From the NCBI RefSeq assembly GCF_006345805.1, contig NC_042997.1, positions 118,730,001 through 118,794,000 of the forward strand: a DNA stretch of 64,000 nt. The letters run 5' to 3'. The notes beneath the pieces were generated by a model, which had not been told where the DNA came from, searched no databases, and saw only the letters and a list, made by a program, of their open reading frames with translations. This DNA is from Octopus sinensis (Eukaryota). The translations under genes and the position numbers were made by a program. Each line of letters begins with the position of its first letter. Positions within the stretch are counted from its first letter, which is position 1. Positions 51,501 to 64,000 of the stretch are shown here, in pieces.

Positions 51501-51785
51501 CCTTTAGTGCTACTGCTACATTAACAATCATACACAAGAATTCATAACTACGTCAAACTCACAAGAGTAAAAAGAAGTGAGACAAAGTCAAGCATAAGCA
51601 AGGAAAATGCACATTGTATTTGAATACTATGGAAATAGAAAAAAATTCATTTAATTTTCCCACAGTTTAATTGTTTTCCATACTTAGAGTTGAAATGTTA
51701 TTTAATTATAAAATTATTCTGGCATTTTCTACCTTGACATATTTTCTTTATACATATGAACTCGTGTGTTGCGTTTCAACCTTCT

Positions 51786-51835
<50 letters not shown>

Positions 51836-51893
51836 ATATAGACATATAAGTATGTAGTTATATATATACATATATATCTATAGACATATACAG

Positions 51894-51953
<60 letters not shown>

Positions 51954-54900
51954 TTGTGTGTGTGTGTCTTCTGTCAAGAGTTTTCAGCAACATATCGTAT
52001 CTGTAACTTAAAATCCGTTCGATATATTGCTTCCACTGTTCGGTTCGAAGATGTAGATACACTGTATGTGGGTGTTTATATATGTATGTATATATATATG
52101 TTCGAATGTATATATGTAAATATATATACATATATGTATATATATGTGTGTATACATATCTATATGTACGTATATACGTATATATACCTGTGTGTGTGTG
52201 CAGGTATTCGTTTATGTATGTATACATACATTTATTACACAGTAAATATTCGGTAGAAATGGCTGCTGTGTGTTCTATAACTGTAACGTGTCTGATAAAT
52301 AAGTCTCAATATGACGTTTCTTTATTTCCATTTAAAAGTTCTCTTGGGCGGAATTTAAACAACCGTAGTCTTTGTTTTGTTTCACTTTACTCTTTCTTAA
52401 CTGTCCAAGTAAATTATCTTCTAAATATCGAAAGTGGCAAGTGTGGCATTAATTTCAATGTGTTTGTTAATGAAGTAGAAAATAGTAGCTTTTGCTATAG
52501 TTCGAAGCGTGGATTAACCTGGTGGAAATGTCTGGCGCCATTTGTCTTGAGAACTTAAATTTCCTAAACATCATTTTGAACGGATGACTGCAATTCAAAA
52601 ATTAGTATGCATCGAGTAGAATCACAGATTTTACAAACTTGCTGTGTTGCCTAAGAACGAACTGTGTTTTATTTATTCTGTACTTATATCAGGTAAGTCT
52701 TTACGAACTGATGCCAACAACAGTGCTAGTATAGAAAAGTTTTTGGAGATGGAGCTGATGTCTCGTTTGGAAGATAATCGACTGTCAGCTAGCAATAAAT
52801 TTGTTATTAAGTCTTAAGAATATTTCAGAACTTCTCTTCTTTGAAGGATTATATAGGGGATATAAATGTATAAAAGATACCTAATGATATTTTACTAAGT
52901 TAAATGTTTGCACATATAGATAATGTCTGTGTATACTCATGTGTAGGGCCAATCAAACCGTAGTCATTTTGTCGTGTTCCGTCAGTTCGAGAACTATTGT
53001 ATGTAAAAGCGTCCTTCTTTTATAAGCTATGTATCAGGTAGCTATGGCTGCTGTGTCTAGTTAATCGATTCTGTTGAGAATGAAGTATAGTACCCATATT
53101 TAATACTGGGGTTAATGCGGCTGGTGTCCAATTGCAGTGTTCGTTCTTCCATACCTGCAGCAGAGAATGGAAGGGGATAGATATTCAATGAAATGAAATG
53201 TGCATCGGTGCACCTCATTACATCACAGGTTTGCCGGTCATTATTTCGGGCAAGTATCTCTTAACCTTCTTCTACCCCTAGTGAATCTTGTGAATGACAT
53301 TGGGTAGATATGAACTATTTGGTAACTCTTGGAATACATTTTTACGCGCGGCCACTTCACACTGTGTCACATTTATTCAGTGTAAGAAATGTGTCTGTAG
53401 AATATTCAGTCACTTGTAAATAAAGTCATTAGTAAGTAGTACGGTCGGTCAAATAATTGAATTGACGTCGTTTATTCATTTAGTTACTGTTACTAAAGAG
53501 AGAAAACGGCGCGTCTGTAGGCTAGAGCCTGTTACGGAGCCAATACCAGTTATTCAAGTGATCTTTTTGGTATTTAGTCCTGTATGGTTGTATGTTTTAG
53601 TAACATTACTCTGCGCTTTGTATAAGTAATTTATTATTGGTATTATTTGAACACTTTAGTGTGTCACTCTTAGATTGTATGTTCTCTTGGAAAAAACTAA
53701 TAGTGTGAATGCCGTTGCTCTTGCATGGTAAATATCTACCACAAGGGCGTGGGAACTTAAACAATTCCGGGTTAGTTTTCGGAGTACTCAAAGACTACCA
53801 TTCGCAAAAAAAATAACTAAATTTTTGGCAATATGAGCTGAAATAAAAAGAAATAATCCCCCATTATAATTGGTAGGATGAAGATAATAAAAGAAAATGC
53901 GGGGGAATATCGAGGCACCATGACTTACAAAGTAGTATCATACGGAAAATACCGCCAGTAGGCAACCGTTCGTATACAATAGGATAGTCTAAACACTGAA
54001 TCTTACTCATAATACACAGAACTCAGTCGATTATGCGGTGAAAGCACGCAATGAAAATAAGACAATTGAAAAAAATATAATATAGCATGACCAAAAATAA
54101 AGAAAAAGAAGTGAACGCAACGAACAAAAGAAGAAGAAGAAGAAGAAGTAGAAGAAGAAGAAGAACAACAACAACAACAATAACAACAACAACAACGACG
54201 ACGACCACGACCACGACAACGGAGGATGAGTTCTATAAGAGACAGATCGAGAAGTTAAAATCAGATTAGAAATAAAGCCAGTAGCTGTCTATAATTGGAT
54301 TTCTATTCCGTGTACATATGTTGATAGTTGGTTGCACGAATGTTTAAGAGTTTTGTTTTCGTTAGTATTAGTCTGTCGCGTATAGAACTTCCTGATATCA
54401 TCTGGAAACGTCGCATCATAACAGGTTTTCAGTGAAATAATATACATCTACTGTCGTGTTGTAGTCGACATTCTGGAATTAGTTTTAATTTAGATGAGTT
54501 TAAAAAATAAACTAATTTCAGTTCTTACTTAAATAATTACATACTTCTCAACTTACTTTTTTTATAGTCTGTCACAGAAGCCGTTCATACCTTTACGGAA
54601 TAGCGTTGTGAAAACGCCTCCTCCCGATGTCTGGCTTTTCCACCCGACAAAACATCAGATTATTTTAACCAAATACACAGCAATTTTGTGAAGTGCTCAG
54701 GGTTTTATTAAATTTACTTTTGTTGTGACCCACGTGTGCTTTTTACGGATATTTCTGCAGACACTAGACCGCTCATATTTTATGACAAACATTAAAGAAA
54801 TCCAGATGTGTTTTCAGTTTCGTTTTTGTTCACGGAAAACGCTGTCATATTCGTATATTATCCTGTTAAAATTTTTTTAATTGTGCTTAAAATCTAATTA

Positions 54901-57552
54901 TTTTTACCCACTTATACTTTCAACAAACAATCACGAAACATATGGGACAGTGCCGAGTAGGGTTTTCCACTTAATATTTTAGTTCATCGTGTAACATGAC
55001 AATAGTGCCAAGAGAACTTTGTCCCCAAAATTAAGTACCAATGTGTTACAGGAATTACTAAACAATTTTAATTATTTGTTATTGTTCATGTCGACTGTAC
55101 GTGCAAAGTACTTAAAATAACATTATCAAAACCGATTCGTACATTAAAAGTACATTAGTATGTTAGCATTCGTTTTAAATATATTCTTGTGTTGTTTAGC
55201 TTCAAGTCAACATTCATTAAAGTGCCCTTTGATTACTGCTGTATTAAATGTGATTGTTTCATATATTGTTTTGTCAGTGAGCATCAAGAAATTCATTATC
55301 CAAAAGTTTTTTCTTTGCTTACGAAGATGTTAGACTCCGCCGTAAGCATGTACATTAATTGAATTTTATGAAATAATCTCTCCCTCTTTTAGTGTCGTTA
55401 AACATTGCCAGTAGATTTTTGTTTCTATTCTGCAAGTAAAATAGACATTCAACTTAATTATAATATTCTTTGCTCGCAGTCGTTTTTACTTCAACACTTA
55501 ATTCACACAAACTCATACTAATCGTCTATTTAAGAAAGTTCATTTAACATATTTTACTCCTTCAGTCATACAAAATATGTAGGCACAGATTATATACGAG
55601 ACAATTAATATATCAAATTTTTTTGCCTACGAATTCGACAAGATTACACTATGCTGACAAGATATGATTAAAATCTGTCTCAGGACCACAGCGCGTGAGT
55701 TTGGAACCTAACCTAAAATATGTTAAAGCCAATGAAAATACAGTAATCAATTATCAGTCTGGTGTCAATCTTCGGAACAGTGTGAACCCCCAACTGCTGA
55801 GGATACTCCTTTCCAGCTTAATGGACTGGAGTTTTGTGAAACGAAGTCCCTAACTCAAGGATTCAAAACTCCTTGGTCTACGAAGGGGAAACACATCGTT
55901 ACAATTGGTAGTGCAACACTTTAATCAACATCATACATCCTTGCATAGCATCGCATAATAAACTTTTAAAATGTTCATATTTGTCCCTCGCCTTCCAGTC
56001 AATTTTCATTAAATTTACTCTCTTCTACTCAGAGATCATTTGATCTCAATGAACCACAATAAACATTACATCATATATTATACCTTACGTTATATATTCA
56101 ACTTAATCACATTTGAGTTATTTCCGGTATATTGTTGGTTATTTATTGAATTTGCAATGGATTACTGATCACCAATCATAGGATTGGATATGTGTTACGT
56201 CATTTTGAGTATACCATATATTGTGTGATATATAATGTTGAATATGGAATATAATATTGAATAAATAAGAATCCCTTTAGCATGCAAATTCTGAAAATAG
56301 TATTCAGTGTATAGAAATTCTTCATATACCCAGAATACCTCATCACAGTCTTAATTAGCTTACATGGAATATCTGTATTTCCCGAAGGAATACACGCGGC
56401 GTTTCTAAACTGTACTTAAACGAATCGCGCACCAGCCTTAGGAATCACAACCCATTATGACTGAAAAAATTCCCAGGTGTAAACACAGATTGTAATCATC
56501 GTTTTCCGATTTTGTTAAATCTTTTCCCTAATTTCGATTAACCTTAAGCTACCACTTGCTCACACTACCAACATATCTGACGCATGAATACCACACTTTC
56601 AACTAAATATTCCTTCTTAAAAATTAACTTTGCACATTCCTTTTACCGAGCATATCCATCCCACTTACAGTCACCCGCTTCTCATAATTTGAATTCTTTC
56701 CCTATCTTCTCGTCGCTCCGCCTTAACCAAAAACACATAACACCGCTACCACCGCATTCTCTACAAAACTTTAGTTCCCTCTCCTCCTTTCTGTCCACCT
56801 CCCTAGTTACTCTCTTTACTTTAATACACTTCTACATTCTCAGTACTTTTCCTCCGCCGCCAACCCACAGATTTGTGTATCTGTATTCTGGGTAAGTTTG
56901 CTCTGTTAATGTATCAGGTCATCCAATACGTTTTGTCCATCCATTTTAAAGTTCAATGAAATTTAATAGTATTTTAGAATTCTAATGGAATTAAAAATTA
57001 TTTTTATGCATTTGTGTACATTTAAACTAATGTCTGCCTGTATTTGATTATTCATCATCCGAAAAATTCCAGTCACTTTTACATGTACACACTTGTATAC
57101 ACAATGCATAAACAAGTGAAGTATAAAAGAATATATATCTAATACAGGTACAAGGTCAGAAATACATAGGAAGAACGTAGTTGATTATATCATCTCCAAT
57201 ATTTGATAAGTGCATTATTGTATTGACTCCGGTAAGATGAACTTTGGTGGTATTTAAATTTCAACTCAGAAGCAGAAAACTGATACAAATAGGTCTACTA
57301 AATTTTCACCCTGTTGTTGTATATATAAAACACTATCGAATATATAATGTAGCCTTTATTACGATATAATATGTAATATGTAATATAGTGAGGAATATAT
57401 AATATATTTGTTGATATAAAAAGCATATTCTTATATAGACAGTACGTAACTGATTTTGAAATGCATCGTATAATGCAGTATGAATACGTTATGTATTATT
57501 GATTACCTACCAGATCGAAGACTACGTAATGATAAACACACGCTCACTCACT

Positions 57553-57624
57553 ATATATATGTATATATATATATGTATATGTACATATATATATGTATAT
57601 ATATATATATGTTATATATATATG

Positions 57625-57655
<31 letters not shown>

Positions 57656-57719
57656 GTATATATGTATATATATATATGTATATATATGTATATGTTATAT
57701 ATATATATATATGTATATG

Positions 57720-57757
<38 letters not shown>

Positions 57758-57759
57758 GT

Positions 57760-57793
<34 letters not shown>

Positions 57794-57835
57794 GTATATG
57801 TATATATATTATATATATATATATATGTATATATG

Positions 57836-57867
<32 letters not shown>

Positions 57868-57929
57868 ATATATGTATATATATATATGTATATATATGTA
57901 TATGTATATATATATATAATATGTATATG

Positions 57930-57962
<33 letters not shown>

Positions 57963-57972
57963 GTATATGTAT

Positions 57973-58006
<34 letters not shown>

Positions 58007-58037
58007 GTATATGTATATATATATATATGTATATATG

Positions 58038-58102
<65 letters not shown>

Positions 58103-58106
58103 TGAG

Positions 58107-58144
<38 letters not shown>

Positions 58145-58155
58145 ATAGATAGAGA
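57553..58155. repeat. long compound (TA)n/(TATG)n array followed by (GATA)n
   Basis: Directly visible; source of the poly-YI ORFs. Confidence 0.97.
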
Positions 58156-60000
58156 TATGTATGTTTGTATGACTGTATGTATATCGTTTAATAAGTGATA
58201 TATTGCTGAAACGTAAATTGTATTCTACTTAACGATCTAATCACTTTCATCGTGACCAAATTCAAAGTCAATACCTTGTGACCAGTTCGTGGCGTAGAGT
58301 CAATAATAAATTGTTGAAAACGTCTGGTTGAATCAATAGTGCTTTAACCACACCAGTAATGCAGTTGTAGATAATTAAACAACATATAATCTTCGACTAA
58401 CCACTCCTCTCGTTTCTGTATATTCCATTGATATTAAACAGTTTGTGCGTTAATAGCCGCTACATTATAGAGCAGCAATTTGTTTCTCTCAAGTCGAAAA
58501 GCACAAAGCTTGGAAATAATTTATTGCTTTTGGGCTTCAGTGGAGAAAAGTTCTTGATGTTAAAATTGAAAAACAATTCTAATTTCACCTCCAGAAATAT
58601 GCATATAACGTAATTCCGCAACTTTTATTCGGAAGTAAAGTTGTTGCAGACAGATTCAACATACTTCAATCTCTTTATCCAATTTTCTTCTCCCGTCTTT
58701 GAATTTGGACTTTTATTCTGAACAGAATTGAAGAAAATGGAATTTATACAGCAGTTATCACTTGCAGAATTCGATCAGTAACTATCCTCACCATTCCTGT
58801 TCTTTTGTATACTTCAGCACTTATCTAATTACGTCTCAGCTTTTCTATGAAACTTTCCTGTCTGTTCAGAAATCTATTAATTATCGCTTTTCTCTCTTCA
58901 ACTGATAACATCCTCCTCAATATATGTTTATATCTATTATTTTTATTCACACAAGACCCACTACGTCATTTGTCATTTCACCCGTCTGGCGTCAATTTAG
59001 TCAATAATTACTTGTTTCGTGTTTTGTCTTTTAAGAGGCAGACTAACAATTTTTATTTTATTGTTTTGTTTCTTACAAGTTATCTGCCTTAGTCTGTCTA
59101 GTTTCTCCCGATTTTACAGCATTCTTTTCAGACATAGATTCCGTCACTACTTAACTTAATAGTAATAATGGGACAAACAGTTTTAGTACATTAAATTGCT
59201 ACTTGTATCTAGTAAGAAAGAGATATCGACATTTCAGTTTGCTAGAATTGATGCAGACCCTTTTCGTGAACAACATGTCTCTACACTGTATTACTCAGGT
59301 ATATATAATCTGGGGACTCGGCTCAGAATACGCACATCGTTTCCACGACTGAGGCCCTTAAATCATATTTGTTTGAACTAAGTCCTTAAAACTGTAGTCT
59401 TATGAGCTCAAACAGGAATGTAGTTTTACTCTGAAATGTATATATTCAAAACTTAAGTATACCAAAATTCGTCTATCATCCATTGATCTCCCTGGTAGAA
59501 GTTTAGGCAAAAAACCATTTTTCAAAATTATAATGATATTTGAAATTAGCAGTATCAAGTAAAAAGAAATGCAAATCGGATCAGTGTAACGTAGTCACCC
59601 TTGTCTATGTTGCTCCCAAACTGGGTTCAGATATCAATTCAGCCAACATATTCAGCTGATTTGAGATCGGGTATAATTCAATGATTTTAGACAAGCTCAG
59701 TTTTTGATTACACTTTTAAAATAAGAAGGTAACAAAATGGGATATAATTCATTCCGTTTCTTGCGTGAAATACTTATTTTCTCGACTTTAATTCCGGAAA
59801 AGAATGAAATAAACTTTTAGTGAACTGAACAGATATTCCAAAAGGAAATCGAGTTTATATAAATTTTTAGCTAAAACATACCAACATTCGGCCCCTTTCT
59901 GAAATGTATATCAGAATATGATGTGTGGAGTATTTGTACCATCTATCTATCTATCTATTATATACATAAATAAATAAATGTATATACATGCATACGTGCA

Positions 60001-60035
<35 letters not shown>

Positions 60036-61565
60036 TTATATATATATATACACACACACGCACACACATACACACACACACACACACACAGATATATATA
60101 TATATATATATAATTTGAAGTCTAACTGTTCCCTCTAGAACAGAGTCTATTACAATTGAATGTAAGATTTTATTTTCCTTTATTAGTGAAAGATAATCTA
60201 TGATGTGGGACATTGTAGGCGTGAGTGATAACGTTTAAATTCGTGTCTACATTAACCTAGCGTTCACCACTATCCATAAAAAACAATCGAAGGTCTTAAT
60301 AGCAAGCGTAATTAAAAAAAATTCTGGATTTTATCCTCTTGTAGTATCTTAGTATATTTTGGCAACAGGATCAAATTTCTTTTCTCTTTCCACGAGCGTG
60401 ATTATCCATCTTTGATATCTACTTACAGCTAAACAAATGAAGCCTGCAATATTTTAATCTTATCTTCTTGTGTAAATTCTATTGTGTATATTGGTGTAGA
60501 TACGAACACACATTTACCATTGTTTCAGAAGCCCAAAATTTCACCAAGAGAAACATCAAAACGATGAATTCTAAAAACTTTTGAAACAAACTATGTCTAA
60601 ATGACAACACTTTATTAACAGTATTTTTTAGTAAACAATAACGGTTTGTTCTCCATTAAAAACATTCTTTCAGTTCTATTTTCCCGCAAGATTGTTTGGT
60701 TAATTAGAATGATGCCAAATATAATGATAGCTCTTGAAATATAAATTTACTAAAATCTTTTATTGCTGTTTGAAATCCATTGAATTTGGTAGCTGATAAC
60801 GAAAGACAATGTGAATAATAGGCACACACGTAAGCACGAACACAGATATACATAGTTATAAAAATGTCGTACATAACGCAATAGAGAACAATCACTTATG
60901 CACACTTTTATTCAGATAAATCAACGTTCATCTATAGAATTTAATTTGTAACGACAAGACTATTTTTTGTACGAAACAGAAAGACTTGAGCGAATGAATC
61001 AAATTGTATCACACTAAATTACATTTATTGAATCGCAACTCTATGAAAGTGTTGCACACACTGAAGCTATACTTAACAGAAGAGAATGCGATGGAAAATT
61101 TACGAAAAACATTATTCAGAAACGAAGCAAAATATTTCATTTCAACAAAATATATTACTATCTCTTTGACAATGCTATAAGCTTATGATAGCTGCATTCT
61201 AGTTGACAATATATGGGTAGCATTTTATTTGAGGAGGAGTTGCGAGATGGTGTGAATTGTACTCATAATCGTGAGAAGAGCAACAATCGCATAAAAAATT
61301 ATAATCGAATTAATTAAAATAAGATTCACTCGCATTTACAGACACGGTTCTTCCAAAGTAAACTAATTGTAAATATAAAAAAATTAGAAAATAAACAATT
61401 AGTATTATTTCCGAAAATGGAAAAAGCCCAATATTTTAATTCTCTCAGACCTAAATTTATATGTAACAATATATTTATGAGAGTCACTTAGCTTGTTCAA
61501 CGATAACAAAGATTTTGACGTAAAAAATATATACATTCATATATACAAACACATAAATACATACA

Positions 61566-61621
<56 letters not shown>

Positions 61622-62025
61622 TACACATGCAGGCATACACTCTCTCACACACACACTCACATTTATATATGTTTTGAGGATTTTTTTTTACTGCCCAGTC
61701 CTTATATGACTGACATTTCTACTTTTGTTGAACGTATGGACATGCGGTTCACTTTCATTACTTTGACCACTTGGCATTAGCCATCGTTTGACACTTGTTA
61801 GCTAACATTCTTTTTTTCTGTTTACAACATGTCAGTCAACATTCCTCATATTTATCTCTCTTATCGCTTTCATCTTTCATTTCTTGAGGATAGATTTGAA
61901 AATAAAAACACTCGTTTTGTACTCGACTATGAAAATATATGTGGCGGAATTTATATATTAATACGCTTATACCGTCGGAGTTTATCACTGAAGGGAGATA
62001 AGTCAGGAGTAAATTAGAATTATTT

Positions 62026-63204
62026 CCCTTGGATTCTGGACTGGCATTGTTACAACACTCTTGAATAGTGGTAAAACTCTTCACAGCATATTCAAGCTTC
62101 CAGTTCCTTTGAGTGAGAGAAGTTTCTGCAATGTTCCACCAAAGTCTGATCAAGGAAACATTCTGATGCGAGCGAAAGTCTTTATTATTGACGACGCTTC
62201 AATGAAACCAGTTTATGCTTTGAAAGCTATAGATAATTGTATAAGAGATATTATGAACAGTAATATTATATTTGGTGGGAAAATTATCGTACAAGGAGAT
62301 TTTAGAAAAGTTCTTCCAGTTATTCCCAGAGCTCCTCCTGCAGCTGTACTTGATTTCTGCCTCAAACGCTCCTCTGTGTGGAATACATTTCATGAAATGC
62401 AACTTATGCAAAACATGAGAACAAATGCAAATGAACAAGATTTTCGAGGTGGCTACAACAACTTGGAAGTGGATTTCTTCAAAGCTCTCTTGATAATCTC
62501 GCAGAAGATATTATTGATATTCCTGAGGCATGCATATGTAACTGTTCTTTGGTATCTGATATATTTGACAATTGTACAGCAGAAGAAGTGAAAAATAGAG
62601 TGATCTAATCCCTTAAAATTCGGACTGTTTAGCAGTAAATGAAGAAAGTTTAAGAAGATTGCCAACTGAAACTAAGCACCGACTCAGTAAATTCTGATAA
62701 TGAAGAAGAAGCCCAGAATTATCCCATGAAGTTTATAAACTCTCTTACACTTTCTGGAATGCCTCCCCATTACACTTATTAGAAACCTCTCTATAACACA
62801 AGGTCTATGCAACGGAACTCGCTTGGAAATTCTTCAGCTCCACAAGCATAGCATAGAAGCGTCAATTAAGTGGATCTCATTCTCACATGACAGTACTGAT
62901 TCCAAGAATAAAACTTACTCAAAGCGATGCAAACATTCCATTCGCTTTGCATCAGACCCAGTTTCTCGTTTGTCTGTCCTATTCTATGACAATCAATGAA
63001 GCGCAGATGAAAACATTCGATAGAGTTGACATACACTTTTCACAGCCATGCTTCACTCACGGCCAGCTTTACATAGATTTTCCAAGGGCAAGGGCGATGA
63101 AGATGCGTGAGGGTTAAAGTGATACCTCAAAACGAACCCACTCGTGGTCGCAGAAGGTGTATCACCTACACTAGGTACATTGTATATACAGGGAAGTGCT
63201 GTAA
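62026..63204 (+). pseudogene. Helitron-type PIF1-family helicase relic
   Basis: TGI.TTLL.SGKTLHSIFKLP, IIDDASM, FGGKII..GDFR.VLPV, NMR, SGMPPH, CNGTRL, IPRI.L, MTINEAQ..T, FTHGQLY; stops and frameshifts. Confidence 0.88.
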
Positions 63205-63247
63205 CTGTTGTATTTAACATATACTTTCACACAATAATTTAATATAT

Positions 63248-63500
63248 ACTTACTCTCTTTACTCTTTTACTTGTTTCAGTCATTTGACTGCGGCCATGCT
63301 GGAGCACCGCCTTTAGTCGAGCAAATCGACCCCGGGACTTATTCTTTGTAAGCCCAGTACTTATTCTATCAGTCCCTTTTGCCGAACCGCTAAGTGACGG
63401 GGACATAAACACACCAGCATCGGTTGTCAAGCAATGCTAGGGGGACAAACACAGACACACAAACAGCAAACACAGACACACAAACAACAAACACAGACAC
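63248..63500 (-). mobile_element. SINE family B, 3' half
   Basis: ctcttttactcttttacttgtttcagtcatttgactgcggccatgctggagcaccgcc.. Confidence 0.9.
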
Positions 63501-64000
63501 ACATGTTAATAAATATAACATAAAGGGTAATAGAATTTTTCATTAACCAAAATAGTACCAAATTTAACAATTTTAATTACATTATAACTACATACTAGAC
63601 GATATTTAAATTGTTCATAAATCTGTTCAAGTAGAGAGCATATTAAACATGCTGACCATGAAATCATTAATGATATACGATTAACCATTTTTAAAGGAAT
63701 ATACGTCTAAACCTTTTTTTAATGAATTGATTCTATGTTCAGTCCCTCGAATTCGGTGCGCCTGTATACTTGTTGAAGTAGTTTGTCTTTAGAGTCCGCT
63801 TACGGCGTGAAGCTTTACTTATAATAATAGCCTTGATATAATAACGTATTTCATATATAAAGAATAAACTTATATACTTTGTATTAATTGTTTTCCTTAA
63901 TTGGATTTACACGCTGGCTGCTTAATAAATATATCTTATCCTTATATTTTATTTATAAATATTAAAGCGGAATAATAACAGTGCTGAATTATTTCGGTTA

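Noticed and set aside
54030-54075. GTGAAAGCACGC resembling the Dong 3' terminus
   Set aside because: Only about 12 nt of clear identity; upstream sequence cannot be aligned confidently.
55682-55925. Coding-looking stretch after a CAG acceptor
   Set aside because: Needs a frameshift to stay open and resembles no known family.
59238-59298. AG/GT-bounded 61-nt candidate exon (FARIDADPFREQHVSTLYYS)
   Set aside because: Short, with no recognisable domain and no linked exons; expected by chance.

Overview
This is an AT-rich, microsatellite-dense eukaryotic window. The tRNA-derived SINE families and the (TA)n/(CA)n/(AAT)n load point to a coleoid cephalopod, most likely Octopus (inference). No host protein-coding gene can be supported, and most ORFs in the track are translations of microsatellites. 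The window is a mosaic of mobile-element remnants: five R4/Dong-like non-LTR fragments in or near (AAT)n arrays (1.5-7.9 kb), plus CR1, Tx1/L1 and HERO-like LINE fragments; two Penelope-like elements (RT + GIY-YIG; 28.8-30.6 kb and 49.9-51.0 kb); a miniature Gypsy LTR remnant; several mariner/maT transposon relics and MITEs; a non-autonomous Helitron and a PIF1-type Helitron helicase relic; and more than 20 SINE copies, some in head-to-tail arrays. The most interesting structure is a non-coding ~3.1 kb element (25468-28545) bounded by 164-bp inverted repeats that differ at only 2 positions. Each arm carries a minimal type-I hammerhead ribozyme. The sense copy is intact, and both differences damage the antisense copy. 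The element abuts a Penelope-like RT/GIY-YIG element. Three further hammerhead-like motifs occur at 17662, 31066 and 41487. All family assignments come from motif recognition by eye; no database search was run.
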